Below are positions 24,262-39,167 of a DNA stretch of 64,000 bases, piece by piece (position 1 is the first letter of the stretch; every line of letters starts with the position of its first letter). The stretch is from Octopus sinensis (Eukaryota). The notes beneath the pieces are model-generated. The model made no database searches and had not been told where the DNA came from. It was given only the letters and a program-made list of their open reading frames with translations. A program made the translations under genes and the position numbers. Location: the NCBI RefSeq assembly GCF_006345805.1, contig NC_043000.1:68820001-68884000 (forward strand). Reading direction: 5' to 3'.

Positions 24262-25739
24262 CAATTGGAGATGAGTTTCTGGAAATGCCAGTTTGGTGTT
24301 TCCTCTGTTGTTTAATGTGTAGCATCTCTTGTACTATATTGTTGGGTGGTGAATATGTTTTGTATGTGCTGTGTAATTGACGATTTATATTTTTTGTTTT
24401 GAAATGGTGGTGGTGTTTAGCATGTGGTATGTGGTTTGCATGGCATTAATGGTTTGCAGCTGTGTAGAATTATATGTATTATAATGCCGGATATTGGTTA
24501 TAGAGGAGTGTGTGGTGCATTGTTTTGGTGGGAGTTAATCTTATATAGTATGTTCTGGGTAAGCTGTGTTAATTTATTTGTTGTTATTATGTAATGTATG
24601 TGTTGTGTGCAGAGAGTATACTGAGTATGCTGTGTTGTGCTGCTGAATTGTCTTGCATATAGGATACAAACTGTATCTAAGTAGATATTGGTGTGGAGGA
24701 ACAGTGTATAATGTTGTAGGGTTCCATTATGACTCATATGATTTTATTCACCATCATTATCATCACCAGTTCTACTGCACCACCAACTGTATCTCTCTAT
24801 GTTCATGAGATGTGTGCAATGTTATCTCCTCTGGTGTAGAATTGTTTGTACATTACATCTGTTTTGCATTGGTGTGGGATCTTTGTATTTTTTTTTGTTT
24901 TTGTTTATGATATTTCACCATTTAGTATATACAAGTATGAGTTATGTGCACACTCCAAAATGCAGTAGTTGACTGCATGAGTGCAGGCTATAGAAGTAAG
25001 CAAGATGTATCTGGTTTGAGCATGATAGTTGCTCTTCTGTATTCATTGTTTATACATTACTGCAGCATAGTGTTTGGGGCCAGTGAAGGCTTTGAGACTA
25101 TATCTATTCCTGTGTCTATGAGTTTTTATATTTGTTTGGGTTGAATGGAAAATAGTGTCCTTTAGCTGCAGTTGTAGTAGTGATCTAGGCTGCTTTATAT
25201 ATGTCTTAGTCTTGTGTGGGGATTTTTTCATTTAGTTACCAGGAATGTGAGGGCTGGAGTTTGCTAGAGTAAACAATGTACCTCACATGTCCAACTAGTC
25301 TTTCAGTTTTTCTTTTCATATCATTGTGCAGGTGATCTGTAGGTGTGGTCTGTATACAAAGTCTGTGTACAAGCTGTGATCATGTGAAGTTCGCTGTTTT
25401 GTGACCTTTGTAGTTAATTGGTGTTTGTCATGTAGAGACAGAAGACCCAAGCTACCTGAGTTAATGATGGATCTACTATATCATTTGTACATTAAATCCT
25501 GTTATTTCTTTCTGTTAGTCAAACATGTGTGTTTGTGCATCATTTGGCTTTTTTTACTATTTCTTCTGTGAATATTATAGAAATGTTGTATATAAGTAAC
25601 TCTTAGTATTTTTGTCTTCTGTTGTGTGTTGTTTGTTTATGTTGAGTATGATGGTATTGATACTCAATTCATGAAAAGATTAACTTTTCAACTTATATAA
25701 CCAACTGATGGAAAACTGAGAGCTACCGTAATTTTAAGC

Positions 25740-26045
25740 ATTATATGAAAAGTTCATAGCTGACAAGATATTCTTATGGAATGTGACCAAATGAAGATTA
25801 TTTTTCAGTATAGTCCCCTTTGCAGTTCACACACTTCTTCCATTGTTGTTGCAGTACTTACATCCCATTGGTGAAGAAGCTTTCAACTTGTAGATAAAAA
25901 AAGTCATCAATTGCAGATATAACGTCATTGTCCCTGTGATACTGGTTCCTAGCCAAGTGTTTTTTCATATTAGGGAATAGATAATAGTCAGATGAGGCGA
26001 AATAAGGAGCTGATCAACCAATTTAAAGCCACAGTCACTCACACC
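25740..26045 (-). mobile_element. Mariner transposase C-terminal remnant
   Basis: Decayed GFxLVDH..SPxLAxSDYYLFPNMKKHL...D.VISA..DFF....F...G...QxxWKKCV..KGDY motifs on the minus strand. Confidence 0.7.
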
Positions 26046-29000
26046 AAAATGGTACACAATTATACTGAAGCAACAACAAAACTAGTTTACATACATATAT
26101 ATAACATACATATATATATAACAAAGAAACAACAAAACTAGTTTACATACATATGTACGTATGAGTGTGTTGTATATATGTATATATCCCATTGACTATA
26201 TTCTGTTATAGTCTCTCTCTCCCCCCCAGGCTGCCCTCATACACTTTTGCAACTTTTGATATGTGATCCAGGTTTGATAGCGGTCTTTTGTTAATTATAG
26301 TAAATCATTTCTTTGATATTATCTTATAGCCATCATGGTTTATACCTGAACCTACAATCTCTCTACAGTAAATAACAAACTACAAAGAACACAAAATGGT
26401 TCATTTTGTACCTTGCACACTGACCACACTTCTCAGACCAACCATGAAACAAAATTACTTATAAATAGATGATCTAGACATGTATGGACATGCTTTTTAG
26501 CTATGGCAATCTCCAATCCACACAAATTCTGCTTCTGCATGCTTTTTATCCTCAAATGCCCTGACACATAGAATGCAAACCACCAGATACAAATGCAGAA
26601 GAGATCGTGATGAACCACCAGACATAAATGTAGAAGAGATCTTGATCAGAATCAACTCCTGTGCCTTCACTGTGGTTGCCATCAGGACCTACAGGAACAA
26701 TAGCAGAGACATAACATATCTACATACTATATTGCAAACCATTTGATAAACCACCTATATGTCAGAGTGGGATCATCAATCAAGCACAAGTATTGTATAT
26801 CTGGAGTGGTTAGATTTGTGAATCATAACTATGTGCTGTATAGGTGTAGGTTTGCTCAAAAGTTACCACTGAGTCACAACAGACCCAGTTATTTTGGCTA
26901 AACTTTGCAAAACTAATATGTTATCATTTGCTACCAAAGCAGTTAAGAAGTGGAAAATGAATGAAGGTAAAAAAAATATAGGAAGGACAATATTGCATAG
27001 AGATAACTAGAAGAAAGTATTAGATAGAACTATTGATGCTTCTGAGATTTTTGTTAGATTTAATTTTCTTTCTTTCTTTCTAATTTGTTTGTTTCAACCT
27101 TCCTCCACAACGAGCAGATAGATTAATTCTCAAACGCTTCTATAATTGAAACAGCTTAAGAATTTTTTGGTATATTTTGGTTTAGAGAGTAGTTCTCTGA
27201 AATTCTCATCTCCTAAAATATTGCTGTATCATTTCTATAATTCTTTTCATGTTTTCTGAAACATTCTTCATATTCTAAAACAAGTTGGTATTAGACAGAA
27301 GGGGGAATGATCAAGTATCACATTTAATGGAGGGCAAATAGGAAATTTTTTCACAAACATTTAAAATGTATACTTCAGAATTTTCTCAAATAGTGAATGT
27401 GTATTGGTTAGTTTTTCATCAGTATGATTTATTTAGAAACAAAGAAATATTCCATTGACGCAAACAAAGACATATTCCATTGATGCATGCATAACTGTTG
27501 TTCTAATCCTTTATAGCAACAGAGCAAGCAAAGTTAATTTATTTATACTTATAGCTAAAGAAGAGGTTTGTATTTGACACATTAAATGTATACTTATAAA
27601 CTTTGGCAAATTAACTGCAACCAGATGTGTGAGGTGGAGATGAGAAGGGATAGAGTAGGTAGGGGGTGGGGAGCATGCCCCAGAAAAATGCCTTTGCTGT
27701 AACAGGCTATTTCTGTTAAGCTAATACCCAAATCCCAAAATAGTTCCATTTGAGCAACTTCATGCTGAAGATCAGAAATTTTTAACTCTCACAGTGCCCA
27801 GTTAAAGTCTACAACACTAAATAATTGAAAGATTTTAGGACCAAAGTAGTTTTTAAATGTTTATTCTAAATGAGAATGTTTTTACCAGTTATAACTTATG
27901 CACTAATAACCTATCAGCATATTGAGTTCCTTCTCATAATTTGGCATCTTGTATAAACTGTCTAAAAGTATAACATATTTTGCTTTCTATATAAAGGGCA
28001 TATTTCTTTACATTCTGTACAACACTTCATGTATCTATCAGTCCTATACCACTTGAAACTGCCTGAATCAAAACACTCTCAGTGACATTTGTTTTAAAGG
28101 AAGTTATGAACTTACTAATCTAAGTAAGAAAACTTGAATCCCTTCCTCTAGCATTTATTTACTTTCTATAATGTTCACTATTAAATTCAGTGCATGTGTT
28201 GCTGAATATTTGCAATTTATTTCTGGAGATTTTTTGTTTTTTATTTTAACTTTCATACATACCTAGCTGTTTTTGAAGGGTGTAACTGGTCTGTAAATAT
28301 CATAATGAAAATGCTACAAAAAGGTCAAGGAAAAAATTTTTTTCACTTTTTGTTTGTGATGTTTATATATCCGTGTCTTATTAACTGCATTTAATATTTA
28401 TTACTAACATCTTTCTTTTTACCATTTTATTTGGGTGTATATGTCTTTTATAGTTTCTATTATGTAGTAAATTAACAACCATATATGCACAACATTATCG
28501 TTAGCACAAATTACTATTTACATTAAAAATATTAAACCTTTTCTGTGATAGTGCCAATTTTCATGATAATTTGACCACAAATATATACACTGTACTTGTC
28601 TGAATTTTTAAAAAGCCTTTTTGCTTAACCATTACAGTACCAAGCTTTTAACTTAGATGTTCAACTAATATTCATCAGTCATCAGTTTAACATACAATTA
28701 TTAAGATGGTTTTCTCTTGAATGGGACAATTTTTCTTCATGGATATCTGTCAAGGCTTTCAGTATACTCTTCTTTTTGCTATTCCTTTCATACACAAGAA
28801 TATAAAGTAGCATACATAATATTGATGGAGGTAAAGGGCTATGATTATAATGTATTGAACTGCCAGATTGTAAATCATGAGTTTTGCTTTCACAGCATGC
28901 ATCTTGGGCAGAAAACTTATTCTACATTCCTCAGTTGTTCCAAGTTTTCATAGGTTTGTTACTTGGTAGTTTATTCATTAAAAGATTAAACATTTGTCTG

Positions 29001-29545
29001 CTTATCACTATGTTTGAATTGAAATCTCAGTTTTATCAACAAGTCTGACTTGTGATGACACCAATATATTATTTCTTCTTACGAATAAAGAATTTCATTA
29101 ATGGAGTAATACTGAATACTTTTACAGAATCAAGTAGTTACAAGTATATTATAGCTCAATATCCTTTTCTTTCCAATGCTAACTGTTCGATCTTGGAGTG
29201 AAGTTGATAGTCAATGGTTAAGGATGTAGCATGAGTGGTCTTGCGTCTCTATCCATTTGGGATCCATTAAATAACAACGCACTTAGTGGGTTGTTAAACA
29301 AATTTAATAGATGATTAAGAACATCAATGAAATTTTCATTCTTAGTGTTTCTTTTTAAGCAATTGAATAGAAGACAACTTTATTATATTTTAACTTTAGA
29401 ACACTTTGCTTCAGTAACGGTGAGTTACTAGTCAATGGTATGCATTGCAGTTTTGCAAAATAGTTAAGATATCTACAGATTTCTTTTGTTATCTTTAATT
29501 TCTGTGATATTCCTAAACCTTAATATATGTGATTTTATTTTGCAG

Positions 29546-30075
29546 GTAGTCCTCATTCTGTCGAGATGACTCAGAAGGTTGATATGGTGAACTGTACAGT
29601 AGCATTTATGTCTCAGTGCACTTCCATACGTAAATGTAAAGCTTCATGCAAGTCAATGGGAGCAGCTCGATATCGATGGTTTCATGATTATGGTTGTTGT
29701 CAGTGTGTGGGCAATACATGTCCTGGATATGGTCTTAATGAACCACGATGTCTCCGTTGCCCTGATACAGAAGTAGACAGTTTTGAGGAAGACTTTGATG
29801 ATGATTATATTGAGAATGCTGATGCTGTTGCCAATAAGAAGAATCAGTTTGAGGAAAGCAGCTCAGAGAATCGTGATAAAGAACACAAGAAAAGACATAA
29901 AGATAAGTCTATCAAAAGAAACAATGATATTCCAGAAATGAGCAAGGAATCCAGCAACATACCAGTTGAAAATGAGCAGACATTGAAAGACACGAATGAT
30001 GTTAGTAAAGAAAAAGAAAAGCTTAGATATTCCTCAGATACTAAACAAGATACAAAATCTGGGGAACGGCTATAA
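29546..30075 (+). CDS. TWSG1: Tsg coding exon 3: C-terminal Cys-rich domain plus 104-aa charged tail, stop TAA
   Basis: Acceptor ttttgcag at 29545. NCTVAFMSQCTSIRKCKASCKSMGAARYRWFHDYGCCQCVGNTCPGYGLNEPRCLRC is the Tsg C-domain (CxSMGAxxYRWFH..CC.C.G..C..YG....C..C). The exons sum to 223+210+530 = 963 nt = 320 aa + stop. Confidence 0.96.
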
Positions 30076-31278
30076 ATTATCTCTTCTAATTTCACCATCT
30101 TTTAAAAAGTTGGTTTCTTTTCTCTTGACTCTATTCCAACACAACCCCATCCATACTTTCTCCACATACACACACACACGCACACTCCAACATACTTTGT
30201 TGTATGATATAACTTGCATTCATTTCTGTCTAGCATTTGTTTTATCCTCCACTCTGGGTTGACCACATCACATATTTCAACTCAGAAGAGACAGTATTAT
30301 AAAAGGAAATGGCATAAGATTTAAACAGAAAAAAATTTTTTCCTCTATATTCTTTTTTAATTTTTTTAAAGCTAAGAATGGCTAAAGAGGCATGATAGCT
30401 ATGTGGTTAGGAAGCTGAACTGATGGCCAGATTGATAAGACATGGTTAAAAATATAATCCATACCACAGACATTATATCCTTCAGCAAGGAACCTTACTC
30501 AACTTGCCTCAGCTATGTCAAATTTAGCTGACACAAAAAAAAAAGAAAAATATAGATACTAGTCCCACTTAGAGTGGTTGGTGTTAAAAATGGAGTTACC
30601 AGTCTTAAAAAAGAAAAAAAATCACTTGTCTAAGAAAAGATGCAAATTCCAAATTTTGCTGGCTCATTCAGTCAAACAAACATTAAAGAATGAACAGTTG
30701 CATATACACATGCATATATACCTGTCAATGGATGTTCATGTGTGTATGTGTGCGTGTATGTATGTATGTATGTATATATTTTAAGTTAAATGCCTGATTT
30801 TGAGCTGTTGGTTATGTACAGAACAAAATGTGTGTCAAGGTTGAAGAAAGAGGCTAACAAATGACCATGGAACAATAGTTAACCTGGTAATTTCTTTGCA
30901 TTTTTGTTTTTCTCTTGGAAAACTGAAAAAAAAAGAAGAAAAATAATATATGTATAAATTCTTGGAAAGTTTTGGCACAGTGTTTTAACTAGTAAAAGCC
31001 AAAATGAAATAAGAGAATCATTGATTGTTCGATGTTTTCTGACAAATTGTTGTTTGTAAATTTCTCCCCTTGTTTTTCTTCTTTATAGAATTTTTTTCTT
31101 TTTTTTTGTAACATTGGCGATGGCAAAATTGAAAAACTAGAAAAACACAATCGTGTGTGAGAGAGAGAGCGTGTGTATATAAATTTATATGTATATGTGT
31201 GTGTGTATATATTATATATATATAGGTATGTGTGCATGTATTTGCATGTATGTATATATATGCACACACATATGCACA

Positions 31279-31321
<43 letters not shown>

Positions 31322-31870
31322 ACAAACACATGTTTACGTGTCTATATGTGTAAATATATTTGTAACAAATTTAGAGACACAAAACACATTTTTTATTTGG
31401 ATGCATTACTTTTAATCCAAATGAGAACAAATTAAGTATTTGTTTTTTAATTTATTTATTGGATTGTTTTAAATACTTGTAGTTTCACTAGTAAACTGAA
31501 GTTAACCACTTGAAGGAATTACAAATTCTAATCATTTGTACTCTTTACTTTCTATTTTCTTAAATACTTTTTACTTAGAACTATATGCATACTCAAATGT
31601 TTCGTGTATGCTTGTGTTCTATTTGTTTTCTATCTCTAGATGAATTTCAGGTCAAAGAATCCATTCTCCTTCACAATTTTAAATTTCAAATTGAAAAATA
31701 ATACTTAAAATGTTTTCATAAACCATAATCAGAAAGCTTCTGTCTGTTGAAATTCAAACTCAAATAGAATTTCAATTAAAAAATATATTTTAAAAAATTG
31801 AAATGTAAGCCAAGTAATATTGGTTAGGAATTCAATTTTAGTTTCTTTCATTTTTTCATATTCCCTCCCT

Positions 31871-31921
<51 letters not shown>

Positions 31922-32142
31922 GAGTTAAGTTTATGAAAACTTCAAGTTTTGTCAGTTTGAATTTTCGAGTTGAAATAGAATCTGCAAGAAAAATAAGATT
32001 GCATTTTCCATTTCTATATAGACAGTTATCTAATTTTCTTATAGACAAATCGACATACATTTTCCTTTCACTTTATTCACATGGGTTATTTTCTTTTCAT
32101 TTCTAAATTTTCAAGATTTGGTTCTGCATGTGCTTATATTCC

Positions 32143-32192
<50 letters not shown>

Positions 32193-33440
32193 TGCACACA
32201 CACACACAACTTACTGTTACTTTTTAATAATGTTATCATCACAAAAACAAAAATGTGGGAGTATTTATTTATTTATTGCCCATATATTTGTTTAAGGAAT
32301 TAAAGCATTTTTATTTAAGCTAAAACTTAAAGACACCGCAACAATGTCTAGTAAACCATTAACTATTGACTACAATGATTTCTTCACTTCTTGTATCATG
32401 TGATGGTATTGGAAATCACTATTTGTGTGTATGGTGTTTAAAAGTACATAAAAAATTCTGGCTTTGGGGACATGCATCCATTGAATGCCCTTTGTATTTT
32501 GTGTGTTTGCCCAGCTGGAAAGTGATTAACAGGCTTTCTTGGAGAGTGACCTGCCATAAACTAGCATTCTGTCCACAAAAAGAAATTCTCTCTCTCTACA
32601 ATTGTATGCTGGCACTATGAACATCAAAAAAATTGCATTGTTACTATTACTATTTTTATTTTTAAAAAATACATGTAAAATATTTTATATCTCCAATAGT
32701 TGTAAAGTCTGTTACAGAATATTTTCTTTATTGTTTTTAGATTCATTTCATTATATTCTAAACCTCTTTAACAGCTTATATAGTATGATTGTGTTTTATA
32801 TAAATTGGACATTATATGATATTTTCATTGCTGGTCAAAGAAAGTTACAGGTATGTCTTTTTTTTTTTTAGTTCACATTTTCTGATAAACAGTCAAAAGT
32901 ATAGAACTCTTGCTCCCTACAATAAAGGTTTTATTTATTTATCTATTTTTCTTTCCTTGATTTACATATAATCCTCCTATACTATCTTTTGAAAACTGTT
33001 TAATTCTTGTGTAACTCAGAGATATGTAGTATATTGGAATTGGAATGCTTCACTTGTTTCTACCATTCTGTAAGCTTTTGGTGTTGTTCCTATTTGCAGG
33101 TGAAGAATCTTTGTATTCTTTGTTTTGTCTGAGATTAATTGAGTTAACTCATTTTCTCTTTAGAAGAAAATAACTCAATCACAGCTGAGCACTCTGAAAG
33201 ATATGAATTCTCAGTACAACAGTTAAAAAAAAATAAAATAAACATGGAGACTTTTTCTCAAGTATCTTTTATGAAACATAGTCTTTTTTTTTAAAGATAG
33301 TTTTGAGTTTTAATTTATTTCTGAAAAGCTGCACCTTTCTACTTGATTTTGATTCAAGCTAATAGATCAGCCATTATTAATCAGTATAGCATTATTTTAT
33401 TTACCTACTAGAGATCTAACTATGATATTGATGTATATGT

Positions 33441-33442
<2 letters not shown>

Positions 33443-33487
<45 letters not shown>

Positions 33488-33531
33488 CATGCATACACAC
33501 ACACACACACCACACACACACACACACACAC
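33443..33531. repeat. (CA)n microsatellite
   Basis: Direct reading. Confidence 0.95.
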
Positions 33532-36500
33532 CTTTAACTTATATGTAACTTAAATTCTGGTGTTGTAATTCCTTCAAGAGATTAAAGATCTAGTTATGTA
33601 CAAGCATTAGATTACTAGATTTACGATCACATGGTTATGGAGTCAAACTTAAATGCAAGTATTTATGTTATTCTCGTCAGTAAAACATAGTACTTCTTAC
33701 TTAATTTACTTTTTAATTGATTGGTAAATTGTTTTAAAAGGATAGGCTTATATTAGCTCTCCCCACCCCCTTCTGCTGGAGGTTGCCTTTTATTCCATGC
33801 TGGCATGGGCTGGACACATTAGATATGTTCATAGAGGTGTTTTTAACAAATGAAAAGCTAAATATTTTAAAGTAAAGATTTAGGGAACATGAGCTTGAAA
33901 AATTAATCCCTAACTTAAAACCTGTTGTGAGGTTTCAACCCTTATTTTTATTATATCATACTGGAAATGTATAAAAGCAGACTATAGGGTTCCTGTGTAG
34001 GTTTCATAAAAGTTAGTATTAAGAATTTTCTAACCAGTCAGTAATCTGTATTAGCCTCGATTTCTGTATCATAAACACTGGGTTTTATTAAGAATTTTCA
34101 TATTTGTTACTCTCAGTAATTAAGTTAAAATTTCTTTCTTAGATGTATTAAAATTACTTCATCTATAGCTGAAACAGAATTGTTGAAAGATCAAATTTTG
34201 GCTAAACTCAAATTTCTGCCAAATTTTGGTCTTATTTTTTTAAACCTACAGATTTGTACATATCCAGGCTTCACATGAAGAATTTTTAAATTGACTAAAA
34301 TATTAAAGATATAGCTGCTGGCTTCTGCAGGGACCTTAAATTTAAAGCCCAGACATTAAAAAAATCCTTTAGACAATCATAAGTTTTTATTTTTCAACCA
34401 AGAAAAGATTTTTAAGAAAATCTGTTTTAAAATTGTTCTTTGTTTATCTGTTAGAATTAGTCTTGTTGGCACGCTTAATACATTACATACCCTAACCTAG
34501 AGATTACAAGAGAATTGATAACCTATCCTAGGTTTGTTGAAATGGTGAAGGTATTTTTAAAGTTCAGAGCTGATTGAAATCTTGAAAATTAAAATCCAAC
34601 CACAATTAAATACCCCAAGGTCTGTGGGATTTGATTAAGTTATAAGGTGTAAAGACTATATTTCATTCTTTTCATTGATAATTTCTTTTTACTAGAACAA
34701 GAACTGTAAAAAATGTGATTATTTAATGCCTTAAAGAATAATCAATCATATTGAAGTTGGAAAAGGAAAAACATGTGTCTGTGAGCTCTTCAACAATAAC
34801 AGAATATTTGTTATAACAAAAACAATTCTCAAATTATAATTATTGTTTGTCACTATTTTTTTTATTACAAATATGTATTCAACTTGTTTCACTGTCTAGT
34901 TTTCCCTATCTTCCTCCTCCCCCTCTCTCTCTCTCTCTCTCTTACTTAGAATATTGATATTTTGTTATTTAAAAAAAAAACTTTAATATTTATATATATG
35001 ACCTAATTAAAAAATTTTCCCCCTTTGTAGCCCTGTCTAATAAAAATATCCACAATGGAAGTGAAAGCAAAACTAGAGAACAAAAAACATACACTATAAG
35101 AAATGACTTTTGTTCTCTTTTTAATGTTTTTTTTTTTTTTTTTTGGTCTTTCATGTATTTGTAAAGTTCTCAATTAACTGTAGCCATAATTGAATGCATT
35201 TCTAGTCATTAACTTATACAATCCATGGCGTCACACTTGTTCTTTTCTTCCTCTGCAAGTGAAATAGGTAAATATATATGTTTTGCATTCAACTTAAGAA
35301 ACTTCTGTTAAAAGATCAACAGTATATTTGATATCAACAATATTGGCTTACTCTTCTCTAGTTTAGTTGTTCTTCATTCACTAGTGTTAATGATGTCATA
35401 TTACTAAAGTGTTGGTAAATTAGCACTGAAAAGTTATTTAATTTCAATTAGTTGGTGAAGGCTAAACTTGATTAGCAGAATTTTACTGTTTTTCTTAAAT
35501 AGCTCAAATTGTAGGGAATAATTAGTTCAACTTCGTTCATCTTTAGCCTTTAATTATTCAGAAATGCAACACTGTTTCAGAAGTTAAAAACTATTTAGCA
35601 GAAATTAAGATGTTTTCCTAATAAATGCTTGAATAAAATATCTACTCTCCCAAGTTATTTATCATTCAAAGAGAATTTATCAACAGTGAGGTTAACTATA
35701 ATTGTTCTAATTGCTCCTTATTCATATTAAAATAAAGAAATTGAAGTGTCTAACAAAATAGAAATTTGGTTCAATCCCAACTAGAATCAGAAACTGATCA
35801 TACTTAATTATTGCATTAAAAACATTTATTCATTAATTAGATTGTTCTTAGACTATTTCTCATGTTAAGTAAAAATCATGATAATGTATTGCTTTTTCAT
35901 TTGAGACACTGACAGTCTATTGTAAGCATAGGGGTGTGTGTTTGCTATTTTCCCTTTTTTTAGAAAGATTGCTGTAGTTTGCAGCATGCCCTAAATATTA
36001 TAACAAGAACCATGGAATAGTGAAAAGACAATGCTGTACTGTGTATATATGTGTATCTATGTACAGATATATTTCTATGTCACCAAACAATATATTACTG
36101 GTTATGACATCACTGATCAGAATGTTATCAGTTTTGTGCTGAATATTGCCACTAAACAATATTGAGAACTCTTCAGATACGATGGGGCCAAAAGTGAATA
36201 GCCTCTTTTATGCTGGAAATAAATAGATTCTAGAAAGACTCTATGGTAGCAAAAAGGTGAAATGATTATTTTTCAGAAGAAAGGAAGAGTTATTGGCCAT
36301 GGGTGATGCATGTAAACTGAATGTTTGTGTGTATATATATACATATAGTTCTCAGGTTCAAAACAGATATTACCATGTTGCCAAAACAAATTTCCACTCA
36401 TTAGGGCAGCATCTGAAAATTTCCTTTTTCAATTTCAGGGAAGCACTCTGATCATGTGAATTTTTTTAGAGTGATTCTCCTCTTCAAGCAGAGTCTATAT

Positions 36501-37571
36501 CTTCTACTTTCATTAAGGTATAACCTAGAATGTTTCAGCAACATCCAGTTGGTGTTCTATGATGTTGCATCCCATTCTCTTGCCATATTTAGCTGGCTAA
36601 AATTGTAACATTATGCCATTTTGGGATTCTAAAAGAGGGTCTGTGATATTCACCTTGGCTTCAAAAGGACCTTAGTTTCCCCAATGTACTTTTGTATGAG
36701 CATCGTTCCTTTGTGTTAGTCAATGCTACTTTTGTTTCAAAGACCACAGCTTCTGACCTTTCATTGGTCACTCACTGTAAACCTTCAAACAACATCTTCC
36801 AATGATTTAGAAGTACTAGTTTTTTTTTTATTTGACACTAGATGTGTGTATGTCTGCATATATATATATATACACACACACACATGCACAAGTAAGCATG
36901 CATATGTATATATATATATATATATGGTTGTGTACACACACATGCACAAGAAGGCCTGCAATGGAAGCAGTGGTAAATTCAGTATCATTTATTTTCATTT
37001 TTCTCTTCCAACCATTTATTCCTTTTTCCTTCTCTTTAGAGTCTTTAAGCTGTCAAAATTTTTCCTATTTCTTCCTTTGCAATATTTATTTCCATTGTAC
37101 ACTTCTTCCATTGTTGTTATTTTGCTTTATATTTCTATACTTTTCCCTCCACATGTATTGCTTGTCAGACTTCATGTGTTGTTTGTTTGCCTTGTCCTTG
37201 CCTCGTAATCTTATAAGTATATATATATATAGTCTGTATGTATACAAACACACATATTACTTCCCTAAATTCATGTATCAAGTTAGCCAGACATAATATT
37301 ATTGTTATTTTATCAAGTAACATTTTCTGAGTGCAAACTTATCAACAGAGCTGTTTTGTGTGTTTTTCTCATTATTTATAACATTACTAAATATCTGAAA
37401 TTCTCTTTCAAATAAAACAAGTGATCATTTTAATAATTCCAATAAGCTTATGTAGATAGCCAGCTGTTTCTTTCCTTCTCTCTCTTTCTCTGTCTCTCTC
37501 AACATTTTGTAAATGTTTGTTTTCTTATGTTTGTATATGTGTGCATGTATATAAATATATGTGTGTGTATG

Positions 37572-37621
<50 letters not shown>

Positions 37622-39167
37622 TGTATGTATATTGTTTATTTGTATTTACATATATGTAAATGCATGCAGTCACATGCACGTGTAAATGTTTATATTAGTT
37701 CTAGAACATATAATACCTATAAATAGAAGCAAACACCTGCAACAGTTTTCTTTTTGTGTTGGAATAAAATTAACTATCCATTTTCAAAAAGACAAAATTC
37801 AAATATGAAAAGACACATTTCCTTAATTAGTAAACTGTATTTATTATTCCTAGTCTTGATTTTGTTTTTGTTCATTCTCTTTTTTTGTTTCCATTCACTA
37901 AATTCTTTCTGTTTATTTAGTAGTACACTTCTCTGTAATATGCTCAACTGTTATTCTTTAATATTAAAACATCATCTCCTAAAGAAATCTGTAAACAACT
38001 CTCATGAAAATGTTTCTTGTGAAAGCGAAAGCAACAAGTATAAGCTAGAACATTGTTTTTATTTACTTCTATACTATTGAATTTGGACTCTTTAACTACC
38101 TCATGCTTTTTCCTTTTCTTTTCTTTTTTTTTTAGCCTCACTTCTTTTCTGTACATTGCATTTATTTCATCTCACATCTCTTTTTTTTTTCTCTCTCTAA
38201 TTCTTATTCCATGTCTGTATTTTTATTATTACTAAATGTAAGAGATATCATTGAGAAAGAGGTATACTCCTCAGCAAACCAAATCCATGACCCAATTTCA
38301 ATTTCTAATTGTCGTTATTTCACTTCAGTTGAATTGGTGGTTAATGCTTTTGAGAAAAGCATGAACTTTACATAATCTTATTTCTGCTACTTTATAAAAT
38401 CTGAGGCATTGTGCTCATGTATGAGATAATTTAATTTCTGATTGAAGGGCAGATGAGCACAGAGAAAAGAACAGTGCCAGGCTAGATGCTGCTTTACAAT
38501 ATATTGTTTGGTGTTTACATATCTGCATTCAAGGGGTTTTTGATTTGCTTTTTTTTTTAGTTTTTTTTTTTTCTGTGGATAGCATAAAGTATCAGAAAAC
38601 TGCTGGGGCTGATTCAGATGCACCTTGTGCCTAGTAAAAGACAAAGACTCATTTTTACTGAAGAAATAAAATTATTCTGTGACATCATTGAAATTTTATC
38701 ATTCAAATATATACTTAGGTAGATTTTGTTAGTAAGTTACCTAAATTTCTCTCTCTTTTTTGTGATTAAAACCAATAAATTAAATTAATGTTTAAAACCA
38801 AAAAGATGTTCAAGAGCTCTTGTCCTCTCACAATTCCCCATATCTGTATATTGTCTTACATCATCACACAGAAAGTTTTCATCTTTTTTTTTTCTTTTTC
38901 TTTTTTTGTACTTTCTGGTTTCTCATTCTTCTTTTTGAAGAAAAAAAACATCCAAAACAAAAATTTTAATTTGTTCTTGTTGTCCAAGCTTGTACATTTG
39001 AAACAAAATACAGTGTAAAACATCATTTCTAGATATTGTTTGTGTTGTTTTTTATTATTATATTGATTATTTAGCAATTAAAATTGTTATGAAACACTTA
39101 TGACAGCTGAATAGAATAATCTAATACAGAGTAGCCTGGAAAGATAAATGCTTGATGTATTAAGTTA

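Noticed and set aside
23455-25620. Long T/G-skewed intronic block that looks like an antisense decayed retroelement (possibly PLE)
   Set aside because: No motif could be read with enough confidence to assign a family.
30061-30075. C-terminal GERL as a KDEL-like ER-retention signal on Tsg
   Set aside because: It does not fit the [KRH]-[DE]-E-L type consensus, and Tsg is a secreted protein.
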